64,000 nucleotides of DNA from the human T2T-CHM13v2.0 reference genome, Homo sapiens. Every line of letters begins with the position of its first letter. The stretch's first letter is position 1. The position numbers and the translations under genes were made by a program. A model generated the notes under the pieces. The model made no database searches, had not been told where the DNA came from, and saw only the letters and a program-made list of their open reading frames with translations. Of this stretch, positions 46,072 through 62,429 are shown piece by piece. Where the stretch lies: the NCBI RefSeq assembly GCF_009914755.1, contig NC_060934.1; one strand, written 5' to 3'.

Positions 46072-46925
46072 TAAAGGCTCCATGCCAGGGACAGACGTAC
46101 CCAACTCCAAGTGACAAATCCACCACAAAACCCTCTGCCACTTGTGCTCACTGTTAACACATTTCGTATGCACAAAGAAACTTCTTTTTAATCTAATCTT
46201 AAGAAAGTTTTGTTTGATTTCTAAAAATAAAGTTCTGACTCTATTCTTTCTTTTAAAGAGAATCAGTGTCTGAAAACAATGTGTTTTCCCAAAGGAGGTA
46301 CCAGAGTTTCTAACATTCCATTTTTATCTTTTTTTAAATCCCCAAACTCTACATAGACCTTTGATGCTTAAAAGACAAAATATCCAAAATCAAACTATTT
46401 AACCTTTAATTATCTGAATATTTTTTGAAGATCTAAAAAAATGAAATGACAGCTGACCATTCCACCTCAGTACTAATAAATGGATAATGGGGAGATTTTT
46501 ATATGTGGAAGCAGCTTTTTGTAGTGAATTTTCCAGTGGCATTTACTGAAAACAAGATGTAACATGAATTTGAGCGAATAGCATATGAAATTTATACATG
46601 TCTGAATCTGTAAAGTTTAATCCACTTTATTCCCATTTTCACTGCATGTTGATGACCACTAAATGTTGCCCCAAGGGTCTATGCTCAAAACATTACCCAA
46701 ATTGGAATGGAAAGAATCCCAAGAAACCCTCTTTGTCCATAATCATTATGATTAATCCATTTCAAGGGAGAGATTAGCGCCTTAGTTTCTTCTATTAAAA
46801 TCCTATTCATGAGCCATTGGCTTCTTTTCCCCATGTGTGGGCTTAGATCTCTCTCATTCTGACAAAATTTTGAGCTTGGCAAATCAAAACTATAATCTGG
46901 GCCCCCCAAAATTGCACACTTGTAA

Positions 46926-47063
<138 letters not shown>

Positions 47064-48702
47064 TAGGAGATTTAAGAAATTTCTATGATATCTCTAAAAA
47101 CAGTTGCCCATGTTGGTCTATAAGAAGAGTTAATATGATAAAGTATAATAATCATATTTATAATTTACACATGCTTATATTTCAATATTTAAAGTAAGCA
47201 CAGGGCATAACCCACTATACACATATGATTTACTGTACATATAACAAAACTCACTTTGTAACTAACAATACAGGCTTAGTCGATCATAAAAATGGTACAT
47301 AGCAAAATATATACATGGCCTTAGTTTTGCATGAATGTTAGAATTAGCTCTGTAGCTGGAATTCAATTCATTGCTTTAGCAGAAAGAGAATTATAGTTAT
47401 TTTATAATTATAATTTGAATTAACTATCAGTTTAATTGCTCTACTCTTTTTCCAGATAGGCAGTTTGCCTTTTGTGACATTGTGAATTTTTTCCAAAGTA
47501 ATTTTTCCCTCTACCTTTACATGGCTCTTTGGTTTCAAAATTAACAAAAGTTTCCAGCCATCTCTTTATCCCTTGGCTAGTCTTAGGAAAAAGAAAAGAA
47601 TCCACTTATAAGCAATATTTCATGTAAATTATCTGATTTAGATTTACCTTCTTACCCTTCCAGGGCAAGGAAAGTTTGTCTACATGGTGCTTGTTTGTTC
47701 TAATCATGCAAATTCATTGTCTTAATTTTCCATCTCATATTTAGATAACTAGCAAATTATCTAATTATCTTCTAATATAATTTATCCTATAAAATGTCTC
47801 AGGAGATCATTATCTACCCTGTGTTTTTTTAAAAACACACTTTTATTTTCCTATGAATAATCTTTTGATTATTTTCCATGAATGATTTATTGATCATACA
47901 AAAGTCATCTTTGTTCTTTTGAACACTCACATTTAGACATCTGTATTTTTCTTATTTGTTTGAGTCCTGCCTCCCAGACTCTCCTTCACAGGGTAGCATC
48001 CTTCTGAAACTTAGCTATAGGTAGCCCTGATGTATATAACCATGTAATGTTTTTATATTTGTTACTTTGCAGATACCCCAGAATAAAACAAGTGGTTCCT
48101 TATGAACTGTTGATTTAAATTCTCATTCCTAATGGTGTTCTTATGGTACCTTCATATCTTTGTACAACAGGCCCTTTCGTGTTATTCCCATGGCCTTTCT
48201 TATATATGCCAAATGGATTTCTTGTTACCACATTGTATCCTATTGCATCGGTATTTTATTTCAATTCTTAAATTTAAGGTTAAAAAAGCATAAAAGGGAA
48301 TGTAATCATGTTGGCATTAGGCGATAAGGTTAACATCTATACTAAGCTATTATATCATAGTGTATATATTATGTATTATTGCTAGTTAATATGTACATAG
48401 AGATTATATACCAGGCATTGTGATAGAGGCTGGGGATCCAGTAATAAACAAAACAGATGTGGTCTCTCTCCTCAGAATGTATAGTTTGTGGCACAAAGTT
48501 AATATTTTAATCTGTGAGTTAACATTTGGCATATCTAATGTGTTTCTACTGTATTATATTTGACTTGATATTTCAATTCACTGATTTATTTGAAGTCTTC
48601 TACTTTTTTTTCTAATTAGAATAGAAGAAGATTTACAGGTGGAATTAAACATGAAAGCAATAATAAGCCACAAAGGGAGAGCCCAGCTATCCCTCTTATA
48701 GC

Positions 48703-50897
48703 TTATTATTTTTTTATTTTTTCATAAGTTATTGGGGTACAGGTCATATTTGGTTACGAGTAAGTTCTTTAGTGGTGATTTGTGAGATTTTGGTGTACCC
48801 ATCACGCAAGCAGTATGTACTGCACCATATTTGTAGTCTTCTATCCCTCACCCCCCTCCGACTCTTCCCCCCAAATCCCCAAAGCCCATTGCATCATTCG
48901 TATGCCTTTGTATCCTCATAGCTTAGCTCCCACATATCAGTGAGAACATGTGATGTTTGGTTTTCCATTCTTGAATTACTTCATTTAGAATAATAGTCTC
49001 CAATTTCATCCAGTTCCCTGCAAATGCTGTTAATTCATTCCTTTTTATGGCTGTGTAGTATTCCATCATATATATACATATATATATATACATGCCATCA
49101 TATATATATATATATACACACACACACATGCCATCATATATATATATGCCCTCATATATATATCACAGTTTCTTTATCCATTCATTGATTGATGGGCATT
49201 TGATTTGGTTCCATGATTTTGCAATTGTGAATTGTGCTTCTATAAACATGAGTATGCAAGTATCTTTTTTGAATAATGACTTCTTTTCATCTGGGTCAAA
49301 TGGTAATTCTACTTTTAGTTCTTTAAGGAATCTCCACACTGTTTTCCATAGCAGCTGTACTAGTTTACATTCCCTCCAGTAGTGTAGAAGTGTTCCCTGT
49401 TCACTCCATCCACACCAGGATCTATTGGTTTTTTGATTTTTTGATTATGGCCATTCTTGCAGGAGGGAGGTGGTATCACCTTTTGGTTTTGATTTGCATT
49501 CCCCTGACCATTAGTGAAGTTGAGCATTTTTTCATACGTTTATTGGCCATTTGTATATCTTCTTTTGAGAATTGTCTATTCATGTTTTAGCCCACTTTTC
49601 ATTGGATTATTTGTTTTTTTCTTACTGATTTGTTCGAGTTTGCTGGAGATTCTGGATATTAGTCCTTTGTCAGATGTATAGACTGTGAAGACTTTCTCCC
49701 ACTCTGTGGGTTGTCTGTTTACTCTGTTGACTGTTCCTTTCGCCATGCAAAAGCTCATCAGTTAAACTAGGTCCCAGCTATTTATCTTTGTTTTCATTGC
49801 ATTTGCTTTTGGGTTCTTGGTCATGAAATCTTTGCCTAAGCCAATGTCTAGAAGGGTTTTTCCAATGCTATCTTCTAGAATTTTAGTAGTTTCAGATCTT
49901 AGGTTTAAGTCCTTAATCCATCTTGTGTTGATTTTTGTACAAGGTGAGAGATGAGGATCCAGTTTCATTTTCCTACCTGTGGCTAGCCAATTATTCCAGC
50001 AGCATTTGTTGAAAGAGTGTCCTTTCCCCATTTTATGTTTTTGTTTGCTTTGTCAAAGATCAGTTGGCTGTAAGTATTTGGGTTCATTTCTGGGTTCTCT
50101 ATTCTGTTCCATTGGTCTATGTTCCTATTTTTGTACCAGTGCTATGCTGTTTTGGTGACTATGGTCTTATAGTATGGTTTGAAATCAGTTAGTGTGATGT
50201 CTCCAGATTTGTTCTTTTTGCTTAATCTTGCTTTGGCTATGTGGGCTCTTTTATGATTCCATATGAATTTTAGAATTTTTTTTCTAATTCTGTGAAGAAT
50301 GATGGTGGTATTTTGATAGGGATTGCATTGAATTTGGATTGCTTTGACAGTATAGTCATTTTCACAATATTGATTCTACCCACACATGAGCATGGGATGT
50401 TTGTGTCATTTGTGTCATCTATGACTTCTTTCAGCAGTGTTTTGTAGTTTTTCTGGTAGAGGTCTTTCAACTTCTTGGTTAGGTATTTTCCGAAGTTTTT
50501 GGTTTTTTGTTTGTTTGTTTGCAGCTATTGTAAAAGGGGTTGAGTTCTTGATTTGATTCTCCACTTGGTCACCATTGGTGTATAGAAGAGCTACTGATTC
50601 TTGTACATTAATCTTGTATCCAGAAACTTTGCTGAATTCTGTTATCAGTTCTAGGAGCTTCCTGGAAGAGTCCTTAGGGTTTGCCAGGAAAACGGTTATA
50701 TCGTCAGCAAACAGTGACAGTTTGACTTCCCCTTTACCGATTTGGATGCCCTTTATTTCTTTCTCTTCTCTGATTGCTCTGGCTAGGACTTCCAGTACTG
50801 CGTTGAAGAGGAGTGGTGAGAGTGGGCATCCTTATTTTGTTCCAGTTCTCAGAGGGAATGCTTTCAACTTTTCTCCATTCAGTATTATGTTGGCTGT
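48703..50897 (-). mobile_element. 5'-truncated L1PB1-like LINE-1 (~2.2 kb)
   Basis: Same 3'UTR type as 1511-2976; minus-strand ORFs between 48923 and 50470 are fragmented ORF2. Confidence 0.88.
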
Positions 50898-52039
50898 GCC
50901 TCCCTCAATTTACAATTGGCAATAAATCTGCACAGATTGCAACATACTTCAGGTTCATACACTCACTGATTGTTGTTACTCGTCAATGAAAAAGGTGAAA
51001 TATTTTGATGAGAGATGCTTAGCTCCTGTTACATTCTGATATCCAAGAACTCAGTTTATGACAAGTTGACTAAACATTGTGATTAAATTTTAATTTGAGT
51101 CTATCAATATTCATAAATAACCTTCTATTTCTCTCAAATTGTCATCTAACTGCCATCTAGCTTAAAACAACCACCCATCCCCAAAGAGGGCATAAGGGCC
51201 TTATCTCTCACTGGTTTTAATTGAAATGACACAGCTGTCAAGGCATAATTCATTATTTCAAAGAGCTATATAAGGCAAGTGATTTATTTCTTTAAGTAAC
51301 TATCTAAACTATTGATGAAACAGGGTTTCTTTTGTTTTAAATCAAATTTACATTGTCATTTCCAATTCTAATAGTAATTTTTCATTGTGAGTCACCTCAG
51401 TGTTATGCTTTGTGACTGCTTTCAAGATGTCTATTTTAAAATCCACAAGTTATCTACATCACATGTTTAGTGATGGGACAGTGTGGTGCTGGTAAACATT
51501 TGTGTGCATGCATTGTATAGATTTATCAAAGTTTGAGACAAGGTTTTCATTTAATTTTCAAAATCGGTTACAAATATATTTATATGTGAAAGATACTCAA
51601 TATAGATGTGTTGAAGGAATGGAAACTAGATTTCTAAAACCCTCCACATTCCAAAATGACTCAAAACCAGAGAAAACTGGAAACAAATAGAGTTGTCAAG
51701 AACTGAGGACCCTAAGATGTACAATTTGTGGTCTGTTTGCTTCGTGGTGAAAAAGGGAGAGCTTTGATTGGCAGGCAATAAAAGGGTAATTTTGGCCCAT
51801 GTGAGAAGCATGGGGAAAGTGAAAAGAACAGAGATTAGCAAAGGATTCTTCAGAGTTGATTTGTGGCAGTTAGCCTTGGCAGTCAGAAGCACTTAAATAA
51901 CAGAGAGGATTGGTGTTCCAAACCCCCAACCTCCACCCTGAAAATACTTCATCCCTATTCTATACTATGTTAGTTAATTTTACTATATTAAGACATAGTA
52001 GCTAAAAAGTAGTTTTCTGGTGCTCAATCGTAGTGGCTA

Positions 52040-52280
52040 CTATTACATTTAGTGAGCACAAGTTGTGTACCAGGCACTTATTTTCAGTACATGCATTATT
52101 AATTCTTTGGATCTTCACAACAACCCAGTGAGATAGTTACTGTTATTAGCCCCATTTTGCACATGAGAACACAGAAACACAGAGACATATAGTTAATTGC
52201 TCAAGAACAAACAGTAAATGGAGTCTGGAGTTGAGCCCAGGATTCTTGCTTCAGGGTCCATATTCTAACATATAGCCTCC
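52040..52280 (-). mobile_element. MIR SINE
   Basis: gtgtaccaggcac...atcttcacaacaacccagtgagatag...cccattttgcacatgagaacacag matches MIR. Confidence 0.7.
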
Positions 52281-52593
52281 TCCCATGAATTTGAGTTTGT
52301 ATTAGCATTTTTCCATCTTTCTGCTAATGACCAGCTTATTCAGAATATAAGTATAATATTCTGCAGACATTTCATGAGAAATTGATCTCTCACCTAAGCA
52401 TTTACTCTCATTACAACATTAACAATGCATTTGTCCATTTGATTCCATTACCAATTGACTATTAAGGAAGCAGAGGTATGTTGCCCAGAGTCACAACTGT
52501 AGAAATAATCTCCTCTTCTACTAACAGTAATCAAGCATTTGTAAGCTTTCAAAAAGGCCCACTCAAATCACAATTAGACAGTCCTGATGTAAA

Positions 52594-53226
52594 TGAGTAA
52601 ACAGGCAACCTACAGAATGGGAGAAAATTTTTGCAATCTATCCATCTGACAAAGGGCTAATATCCAGAATCTACAAGGAACTTAAGCAAATTTACAAGAA
52701 AAAAAACAGACAACCCTATCAAAAAGTGGGCAAAGGATATGAACAGACACTTCTCAAAAGAAGACATTTATGCAGCCAACAGACACATGAAAAAATGCTC
52801 ATCATCACTGGTCATTAGAGAAATGCAAATCAAAACCATAATTAGATACCATCTCATGCCAGTTAGAATGACGATCATTAAAAGTCAGGAAACAACAGAT
52901 GCTGGAGAGGATGTGGAGAAATAGGAATGCTTTTACACTGTTGGTGGAAGTGTACATTAATTCAACCATTGTGGACAGTATGACAATTCCTCAAGGATCT
53001 AGAACCAGAATTATCATTTGACCCAGCAATCCCATTACTGGGTATATACCCAAAGATTATAAATCATTCTACTTAAAGACACATGCACATGTATGTTTAT
53101 TGCAGCACTATTCACAATAGCAAAGACTTGGACCCAACCCAAATGCCCACAATGACAGACAGGATAAAGAAAATGTGGCACATATACACCATGGAATACT
53201 ATGCAGCCATAAAAAAGAATGAGTTT
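52594..53226 (+). mobile_element. L1PA (PA6-PA8-like) ORF2 C-terminal fragment lacking its 3'UTR
   Basis: ORFs 52739..52924 and 53083..53292 are ORF2-like. Ends at aaaaagaatgagttt, directly against an Alu. Confidence 0.85.
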
Positions 53227-53548
<322 letters not shown>

Positions 53549-55298
53549 TCATTTTGTTTTGTTTTGCTTTGCAATGCTCTCCATTGAGAAGGGATTTAAT
53601 TCATAGATAGCAGTGTAGCTAAAGCTATATATTAATTATATATACACAGATGCTTACTCTTTAAGGTAAATAATCTCTTCAAATGAAAGAAACATGCTAC
53701 TCTTGACAGGTAAACATACTTAATTAAGGGCGAAGAAGAAAGGACCTTCAAGGCAATACTGTAATCCCTTTGGAACTACATACAATTATAAAATTTTAAC
53801 TCTGCCAAAGATATCTCCAAGTCAGAGGAAAATTGTAGCATGAAGTATATCATTTGTTTCCTCATATGGATGCAGTTCTCAAACTTTCTCTTGTGCTCAT
53901 AAATTCACAATTGTTCCATTCAGATATTATTCAAGGGAGATTCAGGAGTCATGGTAATTATAGTTAAGATTCTAGAATCTAGAGGAATAGATATCATTAT
54001 GCCTATAATTAATTATGTTTCAGAAGAATGATATTTTTCTTAGGAAAAGCTGGTTATTTCAGTGAAAACTCAAGTGATATTAGTAGCTGAAATGAAGACA
54101 TTCTCTTTCTGGAAGACACTACCTATTTCTGAAAGCCTGAAAAGTGGCTGCTTTAGCCTTGATTCACTTATGAATTTTGTAAAAATGTAACCATATTCCA
54201 CTGCCCAGTTTGTTAAACTTTACTCCACAATTTTGAAAAAAAAATAAGTGTCACCAAAATGCAAACAGGCATCAGAGACTCATGAAAGCAAGCTCTGAAG
54301 CTATCATTTGTTGTACACTGTCTATTAATAAAATCACTTGTGTGCTTGTCACTCATGTTATATCTCAACCACCTCAGGCACTGATGTTCACACTAATATT
54401 TTTGAATTATGAAATGAAATTATTAAATTGTGCTTACTACTCGGGAAAGAAAAAAAAAGTACATGGTTTATCTCTTTAAGAAGTACCATGAAAAAAAAAA
54501 AGAAAAATAGTTAAAGTTAAGACGTTCTGCCCTAGAACAAAGGGTTTAACCTTAGATGCCAAGGTTTTTTCTAAATTATTTCATTCAATCAATCAATCAA
54601 CATATATATGCCCATATATCATATATATGAGACAGAGAGAGCCTTCTTGCTAAACATAATAATCAAGATTACTAATAAACATTCCCTTCTAGTTACTTTT
54701 TTCTTTGTAATTGTCTTTTAGTCCATCTTTTCCCCTTAATAAGAATTCAGTAGTATAGGAAATAGATATTGTTTGTTTTGGATGCAGAAGTTTCAAAAAC
54801 AGAAGAGTACTTAGCTTGCATTATGATTGCATCAGTAGCATTATAACTTATTTCCGGAGTGGTTCTTTGAAAACAGTTGCTTTTATTCAGACTCTCATGA
54901 ACCATATCTGCATTATTTAGAAAGATTAAAAAACAAGCCCTCTAAGAATAAATATGAATAAACCCATAAACTTCTCCTTTAAAAAACAAATGCTTGGTAG
55001 GCAAGCTCTAAAATAGGATTATTTTTCTCTCCTGCCTACTTCTGTAAGTCTGTGCCTTTTTCGATTGTAGTGGGCTGTTGAGAGGAAGACACTAAGTACA
55101 TGAAATGTGTTGTGTTGAACTATTCTTTCAGCCCTTTCAGTAAGTGAGATTTAACTATTCCATTCATAAAGACAGAGAATTCCTTAACTTGATCCTTGAA
55201 TGCTTCAGAAAACCCAATGTAATGGCAATCATGTAACATTTAGCTAGCAGGACAGTGATCTCTGGGTTAAATTTTGGCAAAGGAATATAGTGAAATGA

Positions 55299-55583
<285 letters not shown>

Positions 55584-56684
55584 TAATATGAAATCTGAGT
55601 TTTCCTTTTCAATGTTGTAACTTTCTTAAAAGCAGATTTTAGCATTACACTTTTCAACTGAATGTTCTTTCAAATGATGCATCAGTTATGAAAAATTAAG
55701 TTGGCTAAGTTTGAATTAACAATACTCTGGCAAAAGATGCTTTTATAAGCATGAGAAAACACACTTGCTGGCATGTGTTTACATGCCCAGAAGTCCTTTT
55801 CTCCAGTCAGCTTTTTGCCATTCATAAGCAATGGGTTTTTATATTATGGAAAACCATAAATCATTTTAATATTTTAGATTTAAGAATAATGCTAATGGAA
55901 AAAAATGTGCTTTACAGGCAATGCTAGCCAGGTTATGTAATAGTAATAATAATAATGGTCAAAAGCTGTAAAGATTTACCATAGAAGAGAAGTTCTTTTA
56001 TTTACAAATGCACAACTTTTGTTGGATCTGTTACAGCTTGATTCCATTTTTAAAGTTTTCAGAATTGTTATTCAGCATGTGGTTTTTAGAGAAATCAAAT
56101 CAGTGGCAGTTTTTTATTTGTAGTTTCAACCAAATCGTTTTAGAAAAAATATATTTTCTGCAGTCGACACTCTTCCTTCAAAAGAGTTCCAGAAAAATGA
56201 AGAATACATTATAATTTTATTTCTGTTTATGCTTACTAAGGGCAGAGTCATTGGTCCCAAAACTATCTTACTCACTTCCTGCAAACATAAAATAGCTTTT
56301 CAAATAATTAATACTAAATGAATTGTCGCCTTCATTAAATCCAGCAGAAATCATGTATATTCTGGGAAAGATGTTAAGTAGGCCCAACTGGTCGTTAACA
56401 ATTTTTAGGTACAGAAGAGATTCTGTGTTTACACTCCAACCTCCATTAGCATAAAAGAAGAAAAAATGAAAACTATATTCGGAAAGGAAGATTTACCTTT
56501 ATTTTTAATGATGTGAATTTTATGCTATACTCAGGTGTCAACTTTTGCCATTAAAACTGAGGTGCATCAGGGAGACTGTCTTTGCAATATAGACTATTCT
56601 TTTTGGAAGACAGAACTATAAAAACATACATGTTTTTAAATTATTATCATCATCAGTGTGCTTCAAAATAACTTATTACTTTAA

Positions 56685-56906
<222 letters not shown>

Positions 56907-57309
56907 TGATAGGGAACTGCTGATAAAAATAGACCAGCATGCAGCTACACACTCCTGCTTTTGTCACTTGGATTAGACCATCTTAAAGTACTTTTCACCA
57001 TATCTTGGTACCACAGTTTAATTAGTTATACAGATGACCAGGAATTCATAATGTAAGGTATAAAATAGTCCAGGCTAGGGCAACCACCTGAACACTAACT
57101 TTTGGTCTCATTATTGCTACTTCTTTTTTACATATGTGAATGTGGAAGGATATAATGTCCTTCTGTGAGCTATCTTAGCCCAGTCATTTAGCCAGCAATG
57201 AAACAGGGGAGATGATAATCATATAAAAATATCTAGGGTCAATTTTCTATAGAAGTAAGAGGACCTGTTAGCAACTGTTATATCTAAATGAAAGGTGACT
57301 GCTTTGTAC

Positions 57310-58080
57310 ATCTTTCCTGTAATGTTATTATCATCAACTCAAATAGGCACTAGGGACACCACAAGGTATAAAACAAACTTTAAGATCCTCAAGGACCCAT
57401 ATTAAAAGAACAACAAATACACTACCATGACATGTGCTAAAACAGTGAGTGACAGGGGTGTTATGACCTACAGATTTCAGGACAGGGATGGGTTCGTAAA
57501 GAGGCTTTTGAAGAATGAATATAAGGCAGCTGTGTCTTGAATGAAGAGTAGGACTTAGATATAGAGAGCAAGAAAAGGGTATTCCAGGCAAATAGGCATG
57601 GCTTAAAGAGAAAGGCAATAATCGTCACAGACATGGAGAAGGTTCATGTAAAAAAAACAGGAACAGTCATCTTTTGACGATCATGATTGCTGCACTTGAG
57701 TGTTTGGACTCCATCTACAGAGGGAATCATTGAGATTTTCTGACAAAGGTTGAGTGATGTGTGTTGTGGTATTTAAGGAAAAACAAGTTGGCAGTAATAA
57801 GCAAATTGGAAGAGGAATAGGAAGCTAGTTTGAAGATTGTTGCAGTAATTTAGTTCTAGGACACTGAGAGCCTAGAGTAGGGCAAGGGCAATGGAAAAAA
57901 AGAGTAATTGTGAGGCAGGATGTGAAGAATTACTTAAGAGGACTTAGTCACTACAGTGAACATGAGAGGAAGACTGAGGACTTTGAGCACAGGGTACTCT
58001 GTGAGGATTCAGTGCATACATGAAACACTTAGAAGAGTGTTTCGCACATAGTAAGCATTCCATGAATGTTAGCAGCTGCT
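57310..58080. mobile_element. L2 fragment (minus) followed by a MIR fragment
   Basis: Degenerate L2 (gcactagggacacc...gagcctagagtagggc) then MIR (tgtgaggattcagtg...cacatagtaagcattc). Boundaries approximate. Confidence 0.55.
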
Positions 58081-59649
58081 ACTACTACAACAACGACAGT
58101 CATTGCCAGAAATAGTTGTGTTTTGATTTTATTTTTATTTATGGGTATTTTACATTATTACCCATAAAGTTTCTCTATTGACTTCAAATAAATTATGTGT
58201 GACATAATCCAATTTTGTTCAGTGTGGATTGTTCAATTTTGATCTTGTGGATGGAGGTAAATTATTTTAAAAGTATGACCAATTAAGTAGACCTGTAAAG
58301 ATATGAAAAATTTGGACAAAGTAGAAGGTTAAATTTAACATATGTGTGTGGATGGATAGATAGGTAAATAGGCAGAGAGATAGATAAAAATGTAATCTTT
58401 CTAGTGTGCTTAGAATTGCTATAAGAACCAATTATATAATAAATAGAAGAAAACTAAATATTAACTATTTTTGAGGAAGTAAAATATTCACCTATAATAA
58501 CTAGACTAAAATATTAAACATGACAACTTATATTTCTCCTTAAATGTTTAGACATTTCTCTACAATCATTGTTTATTCATTAAGTAATAAGGTGAAAATG
58601 ATTAAAACCTTAATCTTAAAAACTGGCATATACTAAACTGTAAGAAATAATTAATAACAGAAAAACCTTTAATCCTTTAAAGTAGAAATTGCACAGGTTA
58701 CAATATCTGACTGGAATATAATAAAACTTGGAATTAATAACAAAGATTTAAAATAAAAAGTCTAAATACTTGAAAATTTAAAAAGCATTTTTCTAAATAA
58801 CCTCAAGGACATAGAAATTACAGAATAGCAGAGCAGCAATAAAAATAAAGCACTATAAGTCACAATTTATGTTGTATTTTCAAAACCAAACTTAATTTTT
58901 TTACCATAAATATATATATCGAAACATTATGATTAAACATACCTAAACTTAATATTCATTTCAAGAAATAACAAGACAGAAAGAATTTTGGTCAAAGACA
59001 ACAGCATTAAAAAAATCTTTACTTTTCCTTTTCTACCCAAAGAGATGATGGTGGTGGTAAGAGACGGTGGCCAGGGGTGGGGGTGGGAGAAGGCAAGAAT
59101 AAAACAAGTAGGATGATCTTTAGTTACAAATAAAGTTCCACAAAACACACCTGCCAAACACTATGAAGTATGGCATGTGACTAGGAATGATGCTTGGACC
59201 ACAAGCATGACTCCAAAGTATTTTGGTCCTGAATGTCATATCTAATGATCTTCGATAGTAATAATGACATTTAGAGGACTGGCTGGACCTTGAAAAAGCA
59301 AAGACTGTTCATGCAGAGACCTAATTAAGCACTACAGAATGAAAGAGGAACTGAGGTGAAGGAAGATTCATACAAATGTACCAATTCTGCCTTTTAAGGC
59401 TTATAATGTTGGTCAGTGAAGCAGGGAGTGAAAAGGGGGAGAGAGGCAGTGATTAATGATTTCAGAGAATGTGGTGGGGCTTTGTATGAGCCACATGACC
59501 TCCCTGAATGTTTTAAATTGAGGGCAAAGGAAATAAATGATCTGGTTATAAGGCAACAAACAGTAGTGAAGGCTGGTGAATTTCTCATTGCTTCCTTCCC
59601 TCCAACTTTCCCTGTTCTATTCTTCATGGTAGGCGGCCCAATCTAAGGA

Positions 59650-60185
59650 TAAGTAATGGTCAGAAAGGGTCCCAGGGAAGCCAGTCCCTGCCCCTCTTAC
59701 AACCCCAGCCCCCTTCCATGCATACACACCAACTCCTTTCTTACTGATTTTGCTCAAGGATCCATCTCCCCCACCAACTTAGGAAAAGATGAATTTATCT
59801 CCAGTTTTAGGTTTTGATTCAGCTCGTCTATTCCAGTCACATGGCATTCCTCTAGTGATTGGCATTTATTGGACTGGGTACATAAATTAGAGGAATAATT
59901 TTAAAATACATTATTGGAGGAGAATTCTTTTTTCCTACAGTAGCTACTCAGTAAATAATTACTGAATGAATATAAGTCCTTATTTCCACTGGTAGACTTC
60001 CTATAACTATGAGGGGAAACAGCCATGATGAAACTAATAGTGACTATGGCAGAATGAAAAGCTGGAACCACTGATCCTACCAGTCTAGAATTTGCCCTAC
60101 CTCTGGAAAGTGCTTTTGTGAGTTCAATGTTTTTCTTATTTTAATCAGTTTGAGCTGATGTTTTCCATTTATGTCAGCTGAAAGA
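59650..60185 (+). mobile_element. MLT1-like (ERVL-MaLR) LTR remnant
   Basis: 3' end ccctacctctgga...ttcttattttaatcagtttgagctg...ttttccatttatgtcagctgaaaga resembles MLT1J/K/L. Confidence 0.5.
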
Positions 60186-62429
60186 TGCAAAAGTAAAAGA
60201 AAGCTAAAGAACACACAAGAAAAATGAATCAAGGAAATATAGGAGGAAGTGTTTAGATAAACTCTTATCTATAATTTCTTTGAGGCTATCAAAAGCATGA
60301 TCTCCCTAAAAAGTAACCTCTAAGATATTTGCAAGTGTTCATAAATGAGAAGACAAGTAACTAGCAGAGCTCAGGACCATTACAGAACTGAAAGTCATGC
60401 TGTAAGTAAGAGAAAATAAAATAGTAACAATTAAAAATGCAGCAAGGGAGATAGTAGACAGGCTTGGAAAATATAATGAAAAAAGAAAAAATACATAGAT
60501 ATGATTTCAGAAAGAGAATCTATTAGTCAAAGGAAATAGAAAACACATCAATTATGTGTATGAATATAATATTACAAACAGGAGAAAAAAACATCTTTAA
60601 TTACATAATAAAAATCCATGGCATAAAGAATTGACTCAGTATATCCTTTTGATCTGCAGTGACCATGGAGAAACTGATTCAGAATAATATCACCACAGTA
60701 TTTCCATGTGGTGAATTAATGAATTAAATTCATTAATAAGGAATAGTCTTATTGGCATCAAAGCCATAAAAACACGGCATGTGTGGTATTGGGAGTGAAG
60801 ACAGTTAAAGTTCCAGCTGGCCTCAACCTTCTCTACAGCATCTTTAATGCCAAAAGATAGTATATCAAGAACTACGTAGTTCTGAGGGTCAGAGAAGGTA
60901 TAACCCAAGTAATTTATACTGAGTTAAGTTCTTCTTCAAATTCAAACACGACATATAAAGTGTGGACCCCAGGCCTTTCTCAAAAACACTACTATTCAAT
61001 CAAGCCCACAAAAAGATGAATCAAAATAAAGCATTCAGGAATAGAAAAACTAGTAAAAAGATTGATGAGCTTTGGGTCTAATTAATTAGAACTTAGATCA
61101 AATAATTTAAATTTGGGTAATTGAACAGAATGTAAATATTGTAGTCTTTGGCAATCTTAAAATAACACTAAAACCAACAAAAATTAAGGTGGGAGGTAAA
61201 GCAGGTATAACTATAGGTATACTTATTTCTCATCATTTATAATTAGTAATCTTACATATATTTTATAGTTAAAACATGTCATTACAGAAGAGAAATCTCT
61301 AAATTCAGTTTGATTTTTTTTTTAATTTTAGAGAAATATTTTAGGAATTAATATTGGTTAAGAAGCACACATATCTGAAATTTAGCATTTCTCTCCATTT
61401 TACTCCTCAGTTTAGCTAAAGTAAAATTAAATCGAATACTTCTAAATTTAAAAATATGCATAATATAATCCTGTGTGTCTACAATCTACATATAGAAGTC
61501 TATGAAATTATGTTCATCAAATGTAGAGCATTCTGAATATTTTGAGGTTTTGGATGACTTTCTTCTAAATAATTTTGTTTTATATATTGAATGAATATTA
61601 GACTAACATGCATCACATAAAAACCACAAATACTATATTTAATAATTGATTTTAGTTTTCTAAGATAAGCAACTAAATATAAAAGCAAAATAAATATAAA
61701 AGCAAAACTATAAATTAGAAATCATTGCCAAGATGTGGCTCCTCCTCATTTTTTAAAGTAAAAAATGAAAACTGGCATGTTAAGAGATTAAAAAGAATAT
61801 TCAATCATAGAATCAACTAAAGATAAAATTTTAAATTCTAAGAGAATACTAAATAGATTTGCATGTTTATACATTTTTCAAGTGATTTAAAATTGATAGG
61901 CAATTACTAGCTAATGACATATTAAAGTAAATAGAAAGCATTTTTCACAGAAAATCAAAGCAGAATCCATCACAGCCCTTAACAGGCAAATCTACTACTC
62001 CTTACTTTAAATTACTCATTAGCCTGCTTGATAAAAAAGAAATAGTTTGAACTGCTCTTAATAAACATGAAAGGCAAAAAAAATAATAATTCAGATTTCT
62101 TCCCCAAAGACACACAAAACCTGTATTAAAGAGAGTAATTAATTTCCAAAGAAATCATTCGTCAAGGTGTATCATCATCTCCCCTCTGAATTGTGAGAAA
62201 TTTGAAGGAAAGACCTGACTTTAGTCATCTTTGTACTCACTGAAGCTGCCACAAACCACACTTCAAGGATGGATCAGTTAAAAATAAAAAAAAAAAAAAA
62301 ATCAACAGATCTGGCTCATGAGGGCTGGGGTATTACATCCTTGCTAGCAAAGAGGATGCCTAGTGTTAAATTATCTAATGAGGTCCTCTGAGCAGAGAGA
62401 AAAGGATAGGAGGAGTACTATTCTATAGA

